Shown here: positions 24,620 to 37,056 of the stretch, one piece after another
Layout: each line of letters begins with the position of its first letter
Numbering within the stretch: the first letter of the stretch is position 1
Origin: Macrostomum hystrix
Lineage: Eukaryota > Animalia > Platyhelminthes
Direction: 5' to 3'
NCBI GenBank assembly: GCA_950097015.1
Contig: CATNEN010000038.1
Location: 15,996,001 to 16,060,000, forward strand
DNA: 64,000 nt
Notes under the pieces: generated by a model
Seen by the model: only the letters and a program-made list of their open reading frames with translations
Told to the model about the DNA's origin: nothing
Databases searched by the model: none
Translations under genes and position numbers: made by a program

Positions 24620-27391
24620 TCACTCGAGGTCGTCAGGAACCAGTCTTGGGTCCATCTGGCGGCTCTGATGATACTTGCCCCTCTCCGCGAAGTCTTCATT
24701 GTCCTGCGTCAGGAGCGCCTCCTGGGTGCCCGGTTTGGGGGGCGGCTTAGCGGACACGATGCCGATGGGGCCGACGCCTACGCCACCGACGCCGCGGCCG
24801 ACACCCCGGCGGGTCAGAGATCGCAGCCAGCCAATCAGCGAGAAGTCGGCAACGCCGGGATTCGCGCCGGGGCAGAAGTGGCCAACGTAAAAGTGCAAGC
24901 CGACAATCAGCAGGCCGGTGACGATGGCGTAGATCCAGTTGATGGCTAGCATGAGTGCCAGGCAGGCAAAGAATGCGAATAGGGACACCCAGCCATTGGA
25001 CAGGCGAGACCAGACTGTGGCGGAGTTGTCCTTGCCTCCGTAGCTGCGGCCTGGCGACGGTTGGCCAGCGCCGTCGGGAAACAGCGAGTCTAATTCCCCG
25101 CCACCAGCTGGCTGGTCGGAGCCGTTGGGATCTGTGGAAGAAATATTTGTCCCTTTTTTGCCATCAGACACCTCCGACAAGAATCGTTGAATATACAGAA
25201 AAGGCCGATGTTTTCTGATTCTAGCAGTTTTTTTTCATCGGATAGAGCGGAAATTTTAGCCCGTGTTCTGCATATTCATGGCGATTAATGGGCGATCCAG
25301 AAAAAAAGAAATTTCTAGTGTTAAATAAACTGAAATACATTTCAAAGGTCCCAAGACTGAGCCGGACCCACCTGTCTCAACGGCTACAGCCCTGCTGCTC
25401 ATCTCCAGGCTAAAGTGAGCATAACAGACGGTCGCGTAGGTGGCTAGAAACGGCATAGCAACTATGGGCGCTAGAATATTCAGACTGCCGGCAATGTTAA
25501 AGCCGATGGTAACTATGGCAACAGCGATTAACGCGTAGATTGGCACCTGGGCGCGGAATTTATGAATAGCCAGGTGACGCAATCCGGGCAGCTGGGTGCT
25601 GTGCGCAATGGCCGCCAGAACCCTGGAGGCCGCGGTCAGGCCGCCAAGAGCTGCGCTAAGCGAGCTCACGTACAGGCCGCACAGGAACACGGGACCCAGT
25701 AGGGATACCTGCTGGCCAATCAGGTAGTCAGATTGGAGTGCAAATCTGGCGCATGTGCCTCCCAGGATGATAACGAAGGTGACGTAGAGCAGGAAGCTGG
25801 CGCCGATAGCCGAGACTGTTCCAGTCGGGATGCTGCGGAGAGGATCTGCCAGATCGCCGGCCATGTTGACTCCGGCCAGGACTCCCGTGATGGTAGGAAA
25901 GAACACGCCGAACACGCTAAGAAAATTTTCTCCTTCGGAAAATTCCGGCTTTGTATTGTTGCTAAGGGCGCCGCTGCCGTAGCCAAGGACGCCGTTGCTA
26001 TTGGCGACACTGCCGCGGAAGCCGGAGCCGACGACAAAGTCAAGTACGGCTAGTAGGACAACGGCCAATAGTAGCAGTTGAAGACGGACCACCTTTGTAG
26101 ATTGAGGTGTGAATAATGTCCTCGAGTTAAATTATGAGCACTTAAATAAATAAAAAATTGTCGTGACACTGTCAACGTAGTTTTGCGTTGGCCTTTCTGG
26201 GTAGATTATACCATTTAATTGTCTAAGATAAAACGTGGTAATTTTTTTTGTTGCATGCTTGAGTGAGTGTGTGCATGTGTACGTGTACTCAACAGTGTGT
26301 CCGGGGGGCGAAGGTGCGGCCGTGGAGGCCCCAAAATGGATTACAATCATCATCCAAATCCATGGCGACGGCGCTCCAAATCCATGGTGACGGCCTCCAA
26401 ATCCATGGATACGGCCTCCAAATCCATGGTGACGGCCTCCAAATCCATGGTGACGGCCTCCAAATCCATGTTGACGGCCTCCAAATCCATGGTGACGGCC
26501 TCCAAATCCATGGTGACGGCCTCCAAATCCATGGTGACGGCCTCCAAATCCATGTTGACGGCCTCCAAAACCCTGGTGACAGCCCTCCAAGTCCAGGATG
26601 GCATCCCCAAATGCATAGTGGCGTTCACAAATTCATGGCAACGGCCCCTAAATTCACGTACAGTAATGGCTCTAAATTTATGTTGGCGCCCTGGAAGGGA
26701 ACACGAGGTTCCAAAAAAATTTGAAAAATGAAATCGAGCAAACATTGACTATAAGAAAGGTTCTCACCCATTTAACTCCGGCTCCGGCAACAGCCAATAG
26801 GCTGGCTGTCAGGACCAGGGCGAAGGCTCTGGCTGCCCACTCGTTGCCAGCGGCGATGCCAAACATGTTGGCCACAGATTCGCCAAGGCCAGCGGTACAC
26901 AATGATACACCGACAGCCTGGCCCGTGCAGTAGATTAGGCCGATGGCTGAACCAAACTTGTCGCCGAGAACTCGGCCGAGCAGGCTGTGAACGCCGCCGG
27001 ATTCAACGCCGCAGCGAAGGCAGACGCCTATGGCGCTGAACGATGTCAGCAGGCCGATGGCGGCGGTCAGGCAGCAGGCCAGGAGGGCCAACGGCAGCCC
27101 GGCCTGGCCAACCAGCCAGCCGGCACGGAGGAAAACCAGCGTGCCGAAGATGTTCATGACGCAGGTGGTGAACACGCCGTCCCAAGTGCCGAAGGTGACG
27201 CGCTGAGTTGTGATGAGAAAGTTCGCCTTCCACCATGGCTGTTGCTCGCTGTCGCTGTCGATTTCTCTGTAGAGCTCATTGTGCTGAACTGGGACAGCAG
27301 CGCCGGGGCTACCCGGCTGTCCAGTTTGTGGATCGGCGCCAACGCCTGCAGTTGCGGACGCCAATAAGCCTTCCTTCTCTGTGCTGCTCAT
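24620..27391 (-). CDS. SLC12A8: Solute carrier family 12 member 8-like (CCC9), 3 exons: 27391-26768, 26092-25372, 25131-24620
   Basis: PWWKANF..., FGTWDGVFTTCVMNIFGTLVFLRAGWLVG, GVKW|VVRLQLLL across intron 1, FGVFFPTITGVLAGVNMAGDL, C-terminal WVSLF...INWIYA...PGANPGVADFS; in-frame GT-AG junctions. Confidence 0.9.
26355..26590. repeat. 21-bp minisatellite (GGCCTCCAAATCCATGGTGAC)n in SLC12A8 intron 1
   Basis: About 11 units. Confidence 0.95.
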
Positions 27392-30073
27392 CTTAGATGG
27401 TCACGACTGTTGAATGCAGAGTATTTGAGAATTTGGTTCAGAAACTGTGAGAAAAAATGGTGATGGGGTTTCTGCTAAATAGTTATCAAACTTGAGAAAT
27501 ATCTTTTTTTTCTAGCAACTATATAGAATTGTTATATATTTTCATAATCAAGATTATGTTTTCAAATCTTTTATCTAAAAAAAATTACTAACCCAAAAAT
27601 AATATCATTATAAATGTAACTAAAATGATAGAATCCTTTAGTTAATAAACTCATTTAGTAATAGTCAATATTATACAAACAAAAGTAAATTAACTATTAT
27701 TTTCGTTCCACAAAGAGGCAAAAAATATTAATGCTACACTAAATAATATAGGAATCTTATATTGCTTTAATTTTATTCAGGTGAATATATCTATAATCAG
27801 AATAATGTTTTTATACAGAAACATTAAGTTCAAATTCAACTTGCTAAATGCAGCAATACTCTAGTGAATTTCGTTAGTTTTATTTTGCTTTGTAAATATT
27901 TTTACTTTCTTTACTTTAGGCAAAACATTTTACTGACAAGTATTGTTAACTTCCTTTATTTTTAGTTAAAAAGAGAAAAAATAAATTATTGATATAATTA
28001 TCATCACACAACAAAATATAGCTTTTTAATACAACAAATGCTAAGCAAGAGCATTGTAAATAATGAGCCGATGATGCTGACATTATTGGTGATGTTATAT
28101 GATGAGAAAAAATAAGTGGACTGAACAGCGCAAATTATTTTAATAGAAGTGTATTTAATGCGTCGAAAATATCGTGTTTATTGCCCGTTTTTATTATCGA
28201 TTTCAAAATAATAAATTGTGCGTTCGTTTTAGCACATTAAAACGAAGCCTTGAATTCTGAAAAAAGTTTGATCCAATTTTTTAATTAATCTGACCTTTAC
28301 GGCCAACTTAGTAAGCTTTTTCATTTAATAAAAAAAGCTTACAAGATGCTAGGTGATTTTAGTACGTCTCTTGTTGCTTAGCATGCACCTGTACTGATCC
28401 ATTCGGTACCGCGGAGATTGTCTTTTCATTGGCCTATTCCTTTGGATTAAATACATATAGGGCCTATTAGGTTTCGTCTCGTGTTCCCCAATACAGTACG
28501 AGCGCATTTTTTGTTTCTTAAAATTAATGAGAGCTGCGATCGTAAGACGAAATTGTGAGGAGGTGGCAGCTCACTGCTCCAAACAAATACCGCTTTAATT
28601 TGCTCCAATTTGTCCGCCTGTGCATCTGAAACGAATGAACTTCTTTTGAAATTCAGTAATGTCTATTTCGTCTTACGATCCCCTACACACATTTCTAAAT
28701 ATCTTTAAATGATCGTAAAACCTATTCTTTCGTCTACGATCCCAGCCATATTAAATTAGTATTCTTCATGTTTCGTAATAACAGCTATGTGGGGATCGTA
28801 GCACGAAAGTGAATATATAGCTCAGCTTGTAGTACTGGTACATTCTATTAAGAAAACTAGCGCACTCTTACCATTCTCTACACTGTGCATATTTATCTCA
28901 AAAAGGGAAGCTGCATGCCTCGAAATATAAAATGTGTAACTTTAAGCGTAAGACTTACAGCTTTGCTGACAATCGTCCCGCTGGCAAACTTCGCTATCCC
29001 GTGTTGGGGATCGCCAGACAAACTGGATGTCAAGTTAAAGGTACCTTCCTAGTTACTAAAATTGAAGTTGAGAATGCTCACTTTTGTGGAACTTCCATTT
29101 TAAGAAGCTCAGACAGAATATCGACCCAGCAAGGAATGATTTCTCAATGAGCTCAGTGCAGAGGATCTTAAAACAAAAGACTGCGGTAAAGGTAACCCTA
29201 AGGCAAGTACTTAAAGTAGAAAAAAGTAGGTTTCTCCAAAGTAGGTTCTTGCCTTCGATTCTTCAAAGTCAAGAGTTAAATATTAAAGATTCCAAAAAGT
29301 AGATAAATTCTAAGAACAATTGCTTGGATCGTCTTAAAACCGACAGTGCAATCATATCAAATAATTTATTTATTTAATTACAGTATTTAGGTTTGGGTCA
29401 AGATTGATTCACGCGTAGCCGATTTCATAATTTAGCAGCTTGTTCGTGATTTAGCCTTCGTTTGTTATCTGGTTAATTCGTGTGGAAGGTTAATTCAGAA
29501 ATTTCTTTTTTGAACCTCTTTCAAAACCTTTTTTTTTATTTTTTTTTATTCTAGCGAAACTTTACAGAGTGACGTATTAAAATCACTGGATATTAATTCT
29601 TGCCCGCGGGTCTGGATAATTCAAGTTAATATCTAAGATTTTGGTTTGATCAGGACCATCAGAACTCCGTTCAAACAAAAACGAAGTCCTAAATTTAGCA
29701 GTTAATAATGAGAATAAGTGACCTGTACGATTCATTCTGAAATTTCATGGATTTTAATTTGTATCTTAATATTGCTTGGGTCAGCCAGCAACTAGTTACT
29801 ATTTACTCACTATTTTGGCTCTGGACGCTTTTGTAGTTAACATAACTTTTCATCGACATCGGATCGTTTGAGAATTATTAAATACAAATAAAAACTACCG
29901 TCCATTTTAATTCCACGTCTGCACATATTGAGACATATAGAATCAATTCAACCTGTTCTCAGCATTATTTTACTCGAAAGATTGTAACATAGTGTTTGCA
30001 AACTGGGCACATTGTAACAGCATTTGGAAATAATAAAATGGTCATCGCCATCGAGTCCACATGCCAGGTTCAA

Positions 30074-30328
30074 TCAACGTGGCATCCAATAGAAATTTTT
30101 CTGTGGAAAGCTTCCCGCCAGCAATTCGTTCGACCTTCTGGGCCTCAACTGGGCTGCAAATCCGGACACGATGGCTCGAAGGAGAATGGCCAAGTCCCGG
30201 GAGAACATATAGGTCAGAAACACTACTAGGCTGCACGAAAATGTCAACGTGTAGATTTTCAGCGCGGCGACAAACCAAAGCAGACGATTAAATTCTTGCT
30301 CGCCGAACGAGGTCTGGATTTCAGCCAT
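30074..30328 (-). CDS. Possible small single-pass membrane protein (84 aa), unassigned
   Basis: GC-richer island in AT-rich DNA, ATG directly after an acceptor-like TTTTTTAG, one hydrophobic stretch; no recognisable family. Confidence 0.3.
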   Translation of the reverse strand: MAEIQTSFGEQEFNRLLWFVAALKIYTLTFSCSLVVFLTYMFSRDLAILLRAIVSGFAAQLRPRRSNELLAGSFPQKNFYWMPR

Positions 30329-32848
30329 CTAAAAAATCCGGAAGTTGTAAAATAATGTTCCTGGAAAATTGATTTCATATCTGAGCTTGCTGCTGCATGC
30401 ACTTTAGCTAGCCGTGAATAACTATTTTACTCTAGCCGAAGTTTAAATTAGAGCAAAAGTACATTGAGAATACAAGTGTATACATATAAAGATTTTAATA
30501 TATATATATTAACAGCAAGAAAAGGAAATATACTTTACTTTTACTTTTCAAACAAGATAATTACAACGTAAATTATAATATACAAAACATCATTGAGCCA
30601 GACCTGCATGATGGCCAATCATCATATGCCTCATCGACTGTTCTAATAAGCAAGCGCAATTAAACACATATTCACATGCACAGCTAGTCATATCATATGA
30701 TTTATGATTTATGATGCTTCATCAATACGTGCAGTTGAGTATGAGTATATGATAAGATGAAGCACCAAGAGTAAATGCTCATTTAGGTTAACAAGAGAAT
30801 CGCTCATGTATGATCAAGAGTTGGCCTGTTAAGATCTAGACAGGTTTTTCATCCTTCATCATCCGACTAGACTAGATAAATTCTGTGCAACGAGCTGAAG
30901 CACTACAGTGACTAAATACTGCCTGAGATGACAGAGGATATATTAAGCAGTTGTCGCTTTCCATCATCTCAGCTTTAAGTATAGCCCCGGTCGGTCTGAA
31001 ATTAAACCAATTCCCAGGAGGTGCAAATGAAGACTAATGATAGCTAATAGCTGATTGTTTCAGCTAAGGTGGATCAAGAAGTTTGAGTCGAAGAGGACGG
31101 CTATAGAGCTTCTTGATGCGTGAAACATCGCTACTGACGCCATCTATGGCCAAGGACGTTGCTATTGATCAGTTTTGAAGTACTACTTGATGGCCTAGCT
31201 AGAGAGATAAACAAATGGGAAAGTGACTTGACTTATTTCAATATATAAATAAAAAAATAAATGAACAAATAAATAAATAAATAAATAAATAAAGAAAGAA
31301 ATAAATAAATAAAGAAATAAAATGATAAGCTAATATATCAATCAACGAATGTATCCATAAATTACCCAAACAATTAATTAAAACATCTATCAATCAATCA
31401 TTTAATTACTCGATCTTCCGATCAATCAGTCAGTCCATCGTTCAATCAATCAATCAATTTATCAATCAAATAAGTAGTCTTCTAGGTTGCTTAGGTTGTC
31501 AGACCTTAAAAGGCTAAAGTCTGAGTTGCTTGAATCAGTAAATACGTCAATCAATCACCCAGTGATTCATTAACCAACTGATCAATCAAATCAATTAGTT
31601 ACTCAAAAAAAAATCAAACCATCGATTGATAAACTCATGAATAAATTAAATTGTCACTTTAATGCAAAGAAAATCTAACAACGGATCGCTTTCAGCCAAT
31701 TAAATAATCAAATATTTCCTTCCCAAGTTAGTTAATCGGTACTTTTTTCAATCAATCTAATGATCAGCTGATCAAACAATAAACAAGCAAAATATATTGA
31801 CATGTTATTATTCAGGGGGTGGTTATAAATCACTCAAATTGACCAACGTCGATTGAAATTTTCATTCACTCATTAATTAGATAACAAAGTCAGAAACAAA
31901 GAATTACTTACCGATTTGTCCACAGATTTCAGCACAAAATCAAGGTGCCTAACACGTACACGGCAGCTTTAAAATGTCGAGAATCTATTTGAACATTAAC
32001 TTCGTAATTAACTCGTCTGCCCAGCAAGTCTTCTTAAGACTTCTTTTCTAAGTTTTGACCATAGACTATTATATTGCATAGCCTAGATCCAGTATGTGTC
32101 AATAGACAAGTTAATTAGACGCGTCATCAAATATTAATTAAAAACGTGACGTTGAACCTGCAGTATAAAGACCACAAAGATAAAGACCCCATGGATAAAG
32201 ACCCATGGAGAAGGACCACGGGGGAATTTCAAATACGCACTGCCTACGATAGCTCCCAAACCGAATGACCGATTTTCGTGAAAGTGCACCATATGGATTA
32301 AAAATTTCCGCCCTTTATGATGGGCTTTCAAAGCCTTCCAACGTCAGCATCGTCGAGTTATTCAGCTATTCTTGTCGAAGACCCTGGTGAGAAGGACAAC
32401 TAACATTGATCAGTATCATATTTGTCCATACGCAAATCCATATTTGTTCAATAGTAAAATAAAGAGCAATATAATCAACAATAATAGGCTACATAGTTAC
32501 GTAATAAGATTTTGTGAGCAGAAAAATTATGCCCGACCCTCGCCAGCGAGGAGTCAGTTTTGCCCCATGCAGACCTTCTCACACAGTATGTGTGTACATC
32601 AAACTATTTTACCGCATCTAACCGTTCACAGTAGGCGTTTTTTAAGTAAATCAAAATCCTCATTGATAAGTTAGCCATGTAAGACACACAAGTAGATTAA
32701 CCTTGATAACGAACAGTAACCCATGACATCTGCGATACACAAAACGTGGTATGCAATGAAAACTATGAAACAAATCTTTGAGGCATCGAAAAGCCATGCA
32801 ATCGTCACCGTATAATCTAAATGAGTCACATGATGCATAGATTTAGGT

Positions 32849-35800
32849 CTATTCACTAGTGCAATCATGCGCCACATCGAAATCCTGCTCTTCGTCATCG
32901 ATAAACGGCAGGTCGCCAGGAACGTCTGGGAATGCGGCCTCGCTGAGGCAGGTGAACTGCGGCTGCCAGTTCGAGGCCGTTGTGCCCGTGGCAGTCACGG
33001 CGCCCCTCAGTGGCAGATTCGCTAGCTTCAGCAGGTTGGTCAAGAACAACCTCCGGTGATGACCATCGACTGCCGGTCCAGCGCCCGCTGCTGCGTCGTC
33101 ATTTTCTGGTGCCGCCGCTCCGGCCGTTGCTGTGAAACGTCGCCGATGACGTCGCAACGGCGGCAGTCGGGAACGTCGCAGATGCGGTCGACGTCGCCCG
33201 CGGTCGCCGGGAAATCTCTGCGCTAGGCGGTGACAGATGCGTCGCAATTCCGTCTGGAAATTGTAGTTGAAGAAGCCGTAGAAGACCGGGTTGAGGCAGG
33301 CGGATACGAGGACAAGAAGAGGCGGTGCGAAGTGCAGAGCAACAGTGGCCGTGACGCTGCTCCGACCAACGGATTCCAGGTTGCGCAGGGTTCGGAAATT
33401 GTCCGCACCAACTCCGCGAACTGAGCTGCTGATGTTTCCTTCAGTGGCTGCGGTGGAGGCCGCTGCGGTGCCATCCGCTTCATCCTTCAATGACGTAGCC
33501 ATTGAGGCCTCGTGTTGAACGCTTAAATCAGCAATGTCGTGATAGACGTTGCACAAAGTCAACGGCAGCCAGGAGACAGCGAAGACAACGGCGATGAGCA
33601 GTAGGACCAGATTTGCACGTCGACCGCGTCTCTGCTCTAGGTAAAGGCGACGGCGTTGGAATGCAGTGGCTGCATTGTTCGCATTGGCATTGCTGATGTT
33701 ATTGATATTGCTGCACGTGTTATTTGTGTTGTTGTTGTAGTTGTTATTGTTGCTCTTGACAACTGGATTGTGTCGGCGTCGGACCTTTTGGTTGAGGCGT
33801 CGGCAGACTGTTCCGTAGGCAATCACCACCATGGATAGCGGGATGAGGTACTGGAAAAGCAGCACAATGCCGCTGTAGATGGCCTTCCAGCGCTTCACAC
33901 CGAAGTCGGTGGTCATCTCGCCGCAGAAAGTGGTCGATGCGGCATTTTCTGGTCCGAAAGGATCCGGCACGGTTGTCAGTGATGCGAACCAGGCCAATGG
34001 ACTCGCAAGCAGGGCCGAAGCTGTCCAGAGGCCGATCAGGCTAATTGTAGCCGTGCCAGTGCCTTGATTGGTCAGGTTCGGGTAGGCGATCACCTGCGGG
34101 TTCGGGTTTTGTAGTGACGGAGCGAAACAATTATAGTGACGGAGTGAAACAATAGTGACAGAGTGAAACAATAGTGCCAGAGTGAGACAATAGTGACAGA
34201 GTGAAACAATTATAGTGACGGATTGAAACAATTATAGTGACGGAGTGAAACAATAGTGACAGAGTGAAACAATAGTGCCAGAGTGAGACAATAGTGACAG
34301 AGTGAAACAATTATAGTGACGGAGTGAAACAATAGTGACAGAGTGAAACAATAGTGACAGAGTGAAACAATTATAGTGACGGAGTGAGACAATAGTGACA
34401 GACTGAAACAATTATAGTGACAGAGTGAAACAATAGTGACAGAGTGAAACAATAGTGACATACTGAAACAATAGTGACGGAGTGAAACAATAGTGACAGA
34501 GTGAAAAAATTATAGTGACAGAGTGAAACAATTATAGTGACAGAGTGAAACAATTATAGTGACGGAGTGAAACAAAAGTGACAGAGTGAAACAAAAGTGA
34601 CAAAGTGAAACAAAAGTGATGGATGAATAGTGGCAGATGATTATACATTGAGAGAAACTTTTTCCATGCAAAAATCTGGTACAAAATATGAAACAGAAAA
34701 TGCAAGCATGTTTAATCCACAAGCACTTTAGGCACACATTGATGTACTAATATGAAATAGCCAACAATCTGAGCTAGCTTTAACCTAACGAACCAACGCA
34801 GCCTATTCTAAAAGGCCCAATACGATTACTACTTTATATCTTCTTCCTTCCTTCCTAATGCTGTAAATATTGACCTGCGATGGAACTAATCAATTCCGAA
34901 CCCGATGCAAAGCCGCTACAAACTAATTCGAATTCCACCGAGTACTATTTCAGTAAACTCGACCTTAATTCGAGACACATAGCGAAAGAAATTTTGGCAA
35001 ACACTGTCTGCTTTCGAAAGAGACTAAAAACCATATGTCGAATTCTTAGCAAATTAAATGCATTTAATTTGTGAATTTTGTTTGATTTGAAAAGCCATTT
35101 ATAAACAATTCCCTATTTAACTATTTGAGGTATAAAACATTTGCATTTCAATCGTTGTTTTTTATTATGAATTCTATTTTGACGCGCAAGAACGTTTTTT
35201 GCGGAGCCATTAGTTAAATTAAAGTACACAACTTTCAGCTGGATCCACAAGCTTATTCACGAGCACAAATAAATAAAATATATTGTAGATCATTAAAAAA
35301 TTACTCGCTTTGGCTATTTCGTTGCGTCTCCGTCAGCGAAAAAAATAATTTTTGAAGGCGGGACTAGTTAATATGATTAAATGATTCATTCATCACGTTT
35401 GATTTTTAACTTCATTAGAAATGATGAAAATTGCATGCAAATTATTTTATGTGCCTCTGTTGTAACATATTCAGTACTGAAACGTTTAAGCTGCTTAATA
35501 GGCATCGCAATAGCTTTCCGTTTATGTTAAGCGCCATGTGGAAATTTCTTGTTCACTATTTTCTAAAAATATCATCACGTGAGAGTCTACTGAACATGTA
35601 CTATTCTAAAAGATCATCACGTGACGGTCTACTGAACATGTACTATTCTAAAAGATCATCACGTGACAGTCTACTGAACATGTACTATTCTAAAAGATCA
35701 TCACGTGACGGTCTACTGAACATGTACTATTCTAAAAGATCATCACGTGACAGTCTACTGAACATGTACTATTCTAAAAGAGCATCACGTGACAGTCTAC

Positions 35801-37056
35801 TGAACATGTACTATTCTAAAAGAGCATCACGTGACACTCTACTGTACACTTTGTCTTAAAAACGGAATCACAATACAGTCTACTAAACACTGTACTTCGT
35901 ATTATCATATGATAACAGCATTATATGACAGTCACATTGCTTTCTAAAAAATTGAATTTCAATTGACAAATAAGCCCGTTGACTATTTGTAGGTGTTCAA
36001 CTTATTGGCGAGTATACACTTATGTTGTATCTCGTAAATAATACGAGAAAGCTAATTAATTCTTTTTTATTCGTGTATTAAGATATACACTATATTTGGT
36101 GTATCTGGTTGAAAATTTCGATTTGCTATTAGCAGATTTTCGGAAGCTCAAAGTGCATACCTTATAAATAATTTTTAATCGCATACTCGGATATATTAGG
36201 TTAAGTTAATTTTTTATAACAAACACGACTTTGCTTTTAATGAGGTGCAGCTTCATTTGCTTCTTTTAGTAGAATCTTATTAGCGGGTCATATTTATACT
36301 CGAACAAAAACGTCCGACAGCTGATAGCCACGACCCTGCCCATAGTCACTATTAAAGTGCACAGTATGGGTTCATGCATTTAGTTAGGACTAATTTATGA
36401 AAGGAATCTGACATGCCATATGGCAGCATCTTTATGGCGTCATAAATCAATTCCTCTAAAGCCCACACAGGAGCTTAAAGCTAAAAGTGAAACAATGCAA
36501 TTAATGCTGCAATCCGTACCTGAAATCTATCCAGCGCAATAGCCGTGATGGCGTAGGTGGACACGAACACATTCAGGCCGGTGACAGCGTTAACAGTTTT
36601 GCACAGCAACAAGCCGAACTGCCAGCTCCGATACCGCTGAAACAGCCGCAGAATGTTCAACGGCTGCGTGAAAGCGCATAGAATAAGATCGGAGATGGCC
36701 AAATTAACGATGTACAAATTCCTTATTGTCCTCATGTGCTTATTTGCCGCCACCGCGTAGATTACTAGCCCGTTGCCAAGGACTCCGAAGATCATAAACA
36801 CGGCGTAGACTGAGACGATGGCCTGGATGAGCGGCAGTTCGCTGCTGCGCTCATCTCGCATGGATCTGTAGGCCAGCCGAATGGCTTCAACAAAATCAGT
36901 CTGGTTCGTGCACCGGAAGTAGTTGATCATTGGCGTTGGATCAGCAGGATTCTTCGAGGACTCCGAGTTAGACTGCAGTTGTTGAAGGCACTCCAGATTT
37001 GCCGGGTCCAACAAGCCCTCGGGCAGACTGTCCTCTGTTGTGGAGTTTTGAATCAT
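32849..37056 (-). CDS. Neuropeptide Y/F receptor-like GPCR, 2 exons: 37056-36520, 34093-32849
   Basis: GVLGNGLV, MRTIRNLYIVNLAISDLILC, WQFGLLLCK, AIALDRFQ|VIAYP across the intron, FQYLIPL, FAVSWLPL, SACLNPVFYGFFNYNF. Confidence 0.9.
34111..34620. repeat. 19/22-bp minisatellite (TAGTGACAGAGTGAAACAA) next to the GPCR splice acceptor
   Basis: About 25 units. Confidence 0.95.
35555..35850. repeat. 42-bp minisatellite (TACTATTCTAAAAGATCATCACGTGACAGTCTACTGAACATG), about 7 units, each with a CACGTG E-box
   Basis: Directly visible. Confidence 0.95.

Noticed and set aside
26132-26745. Gly/His-rich repetitive ORFs
   Set aside because: Translations of the 21-bp intronic minisatellite in SLC12A8
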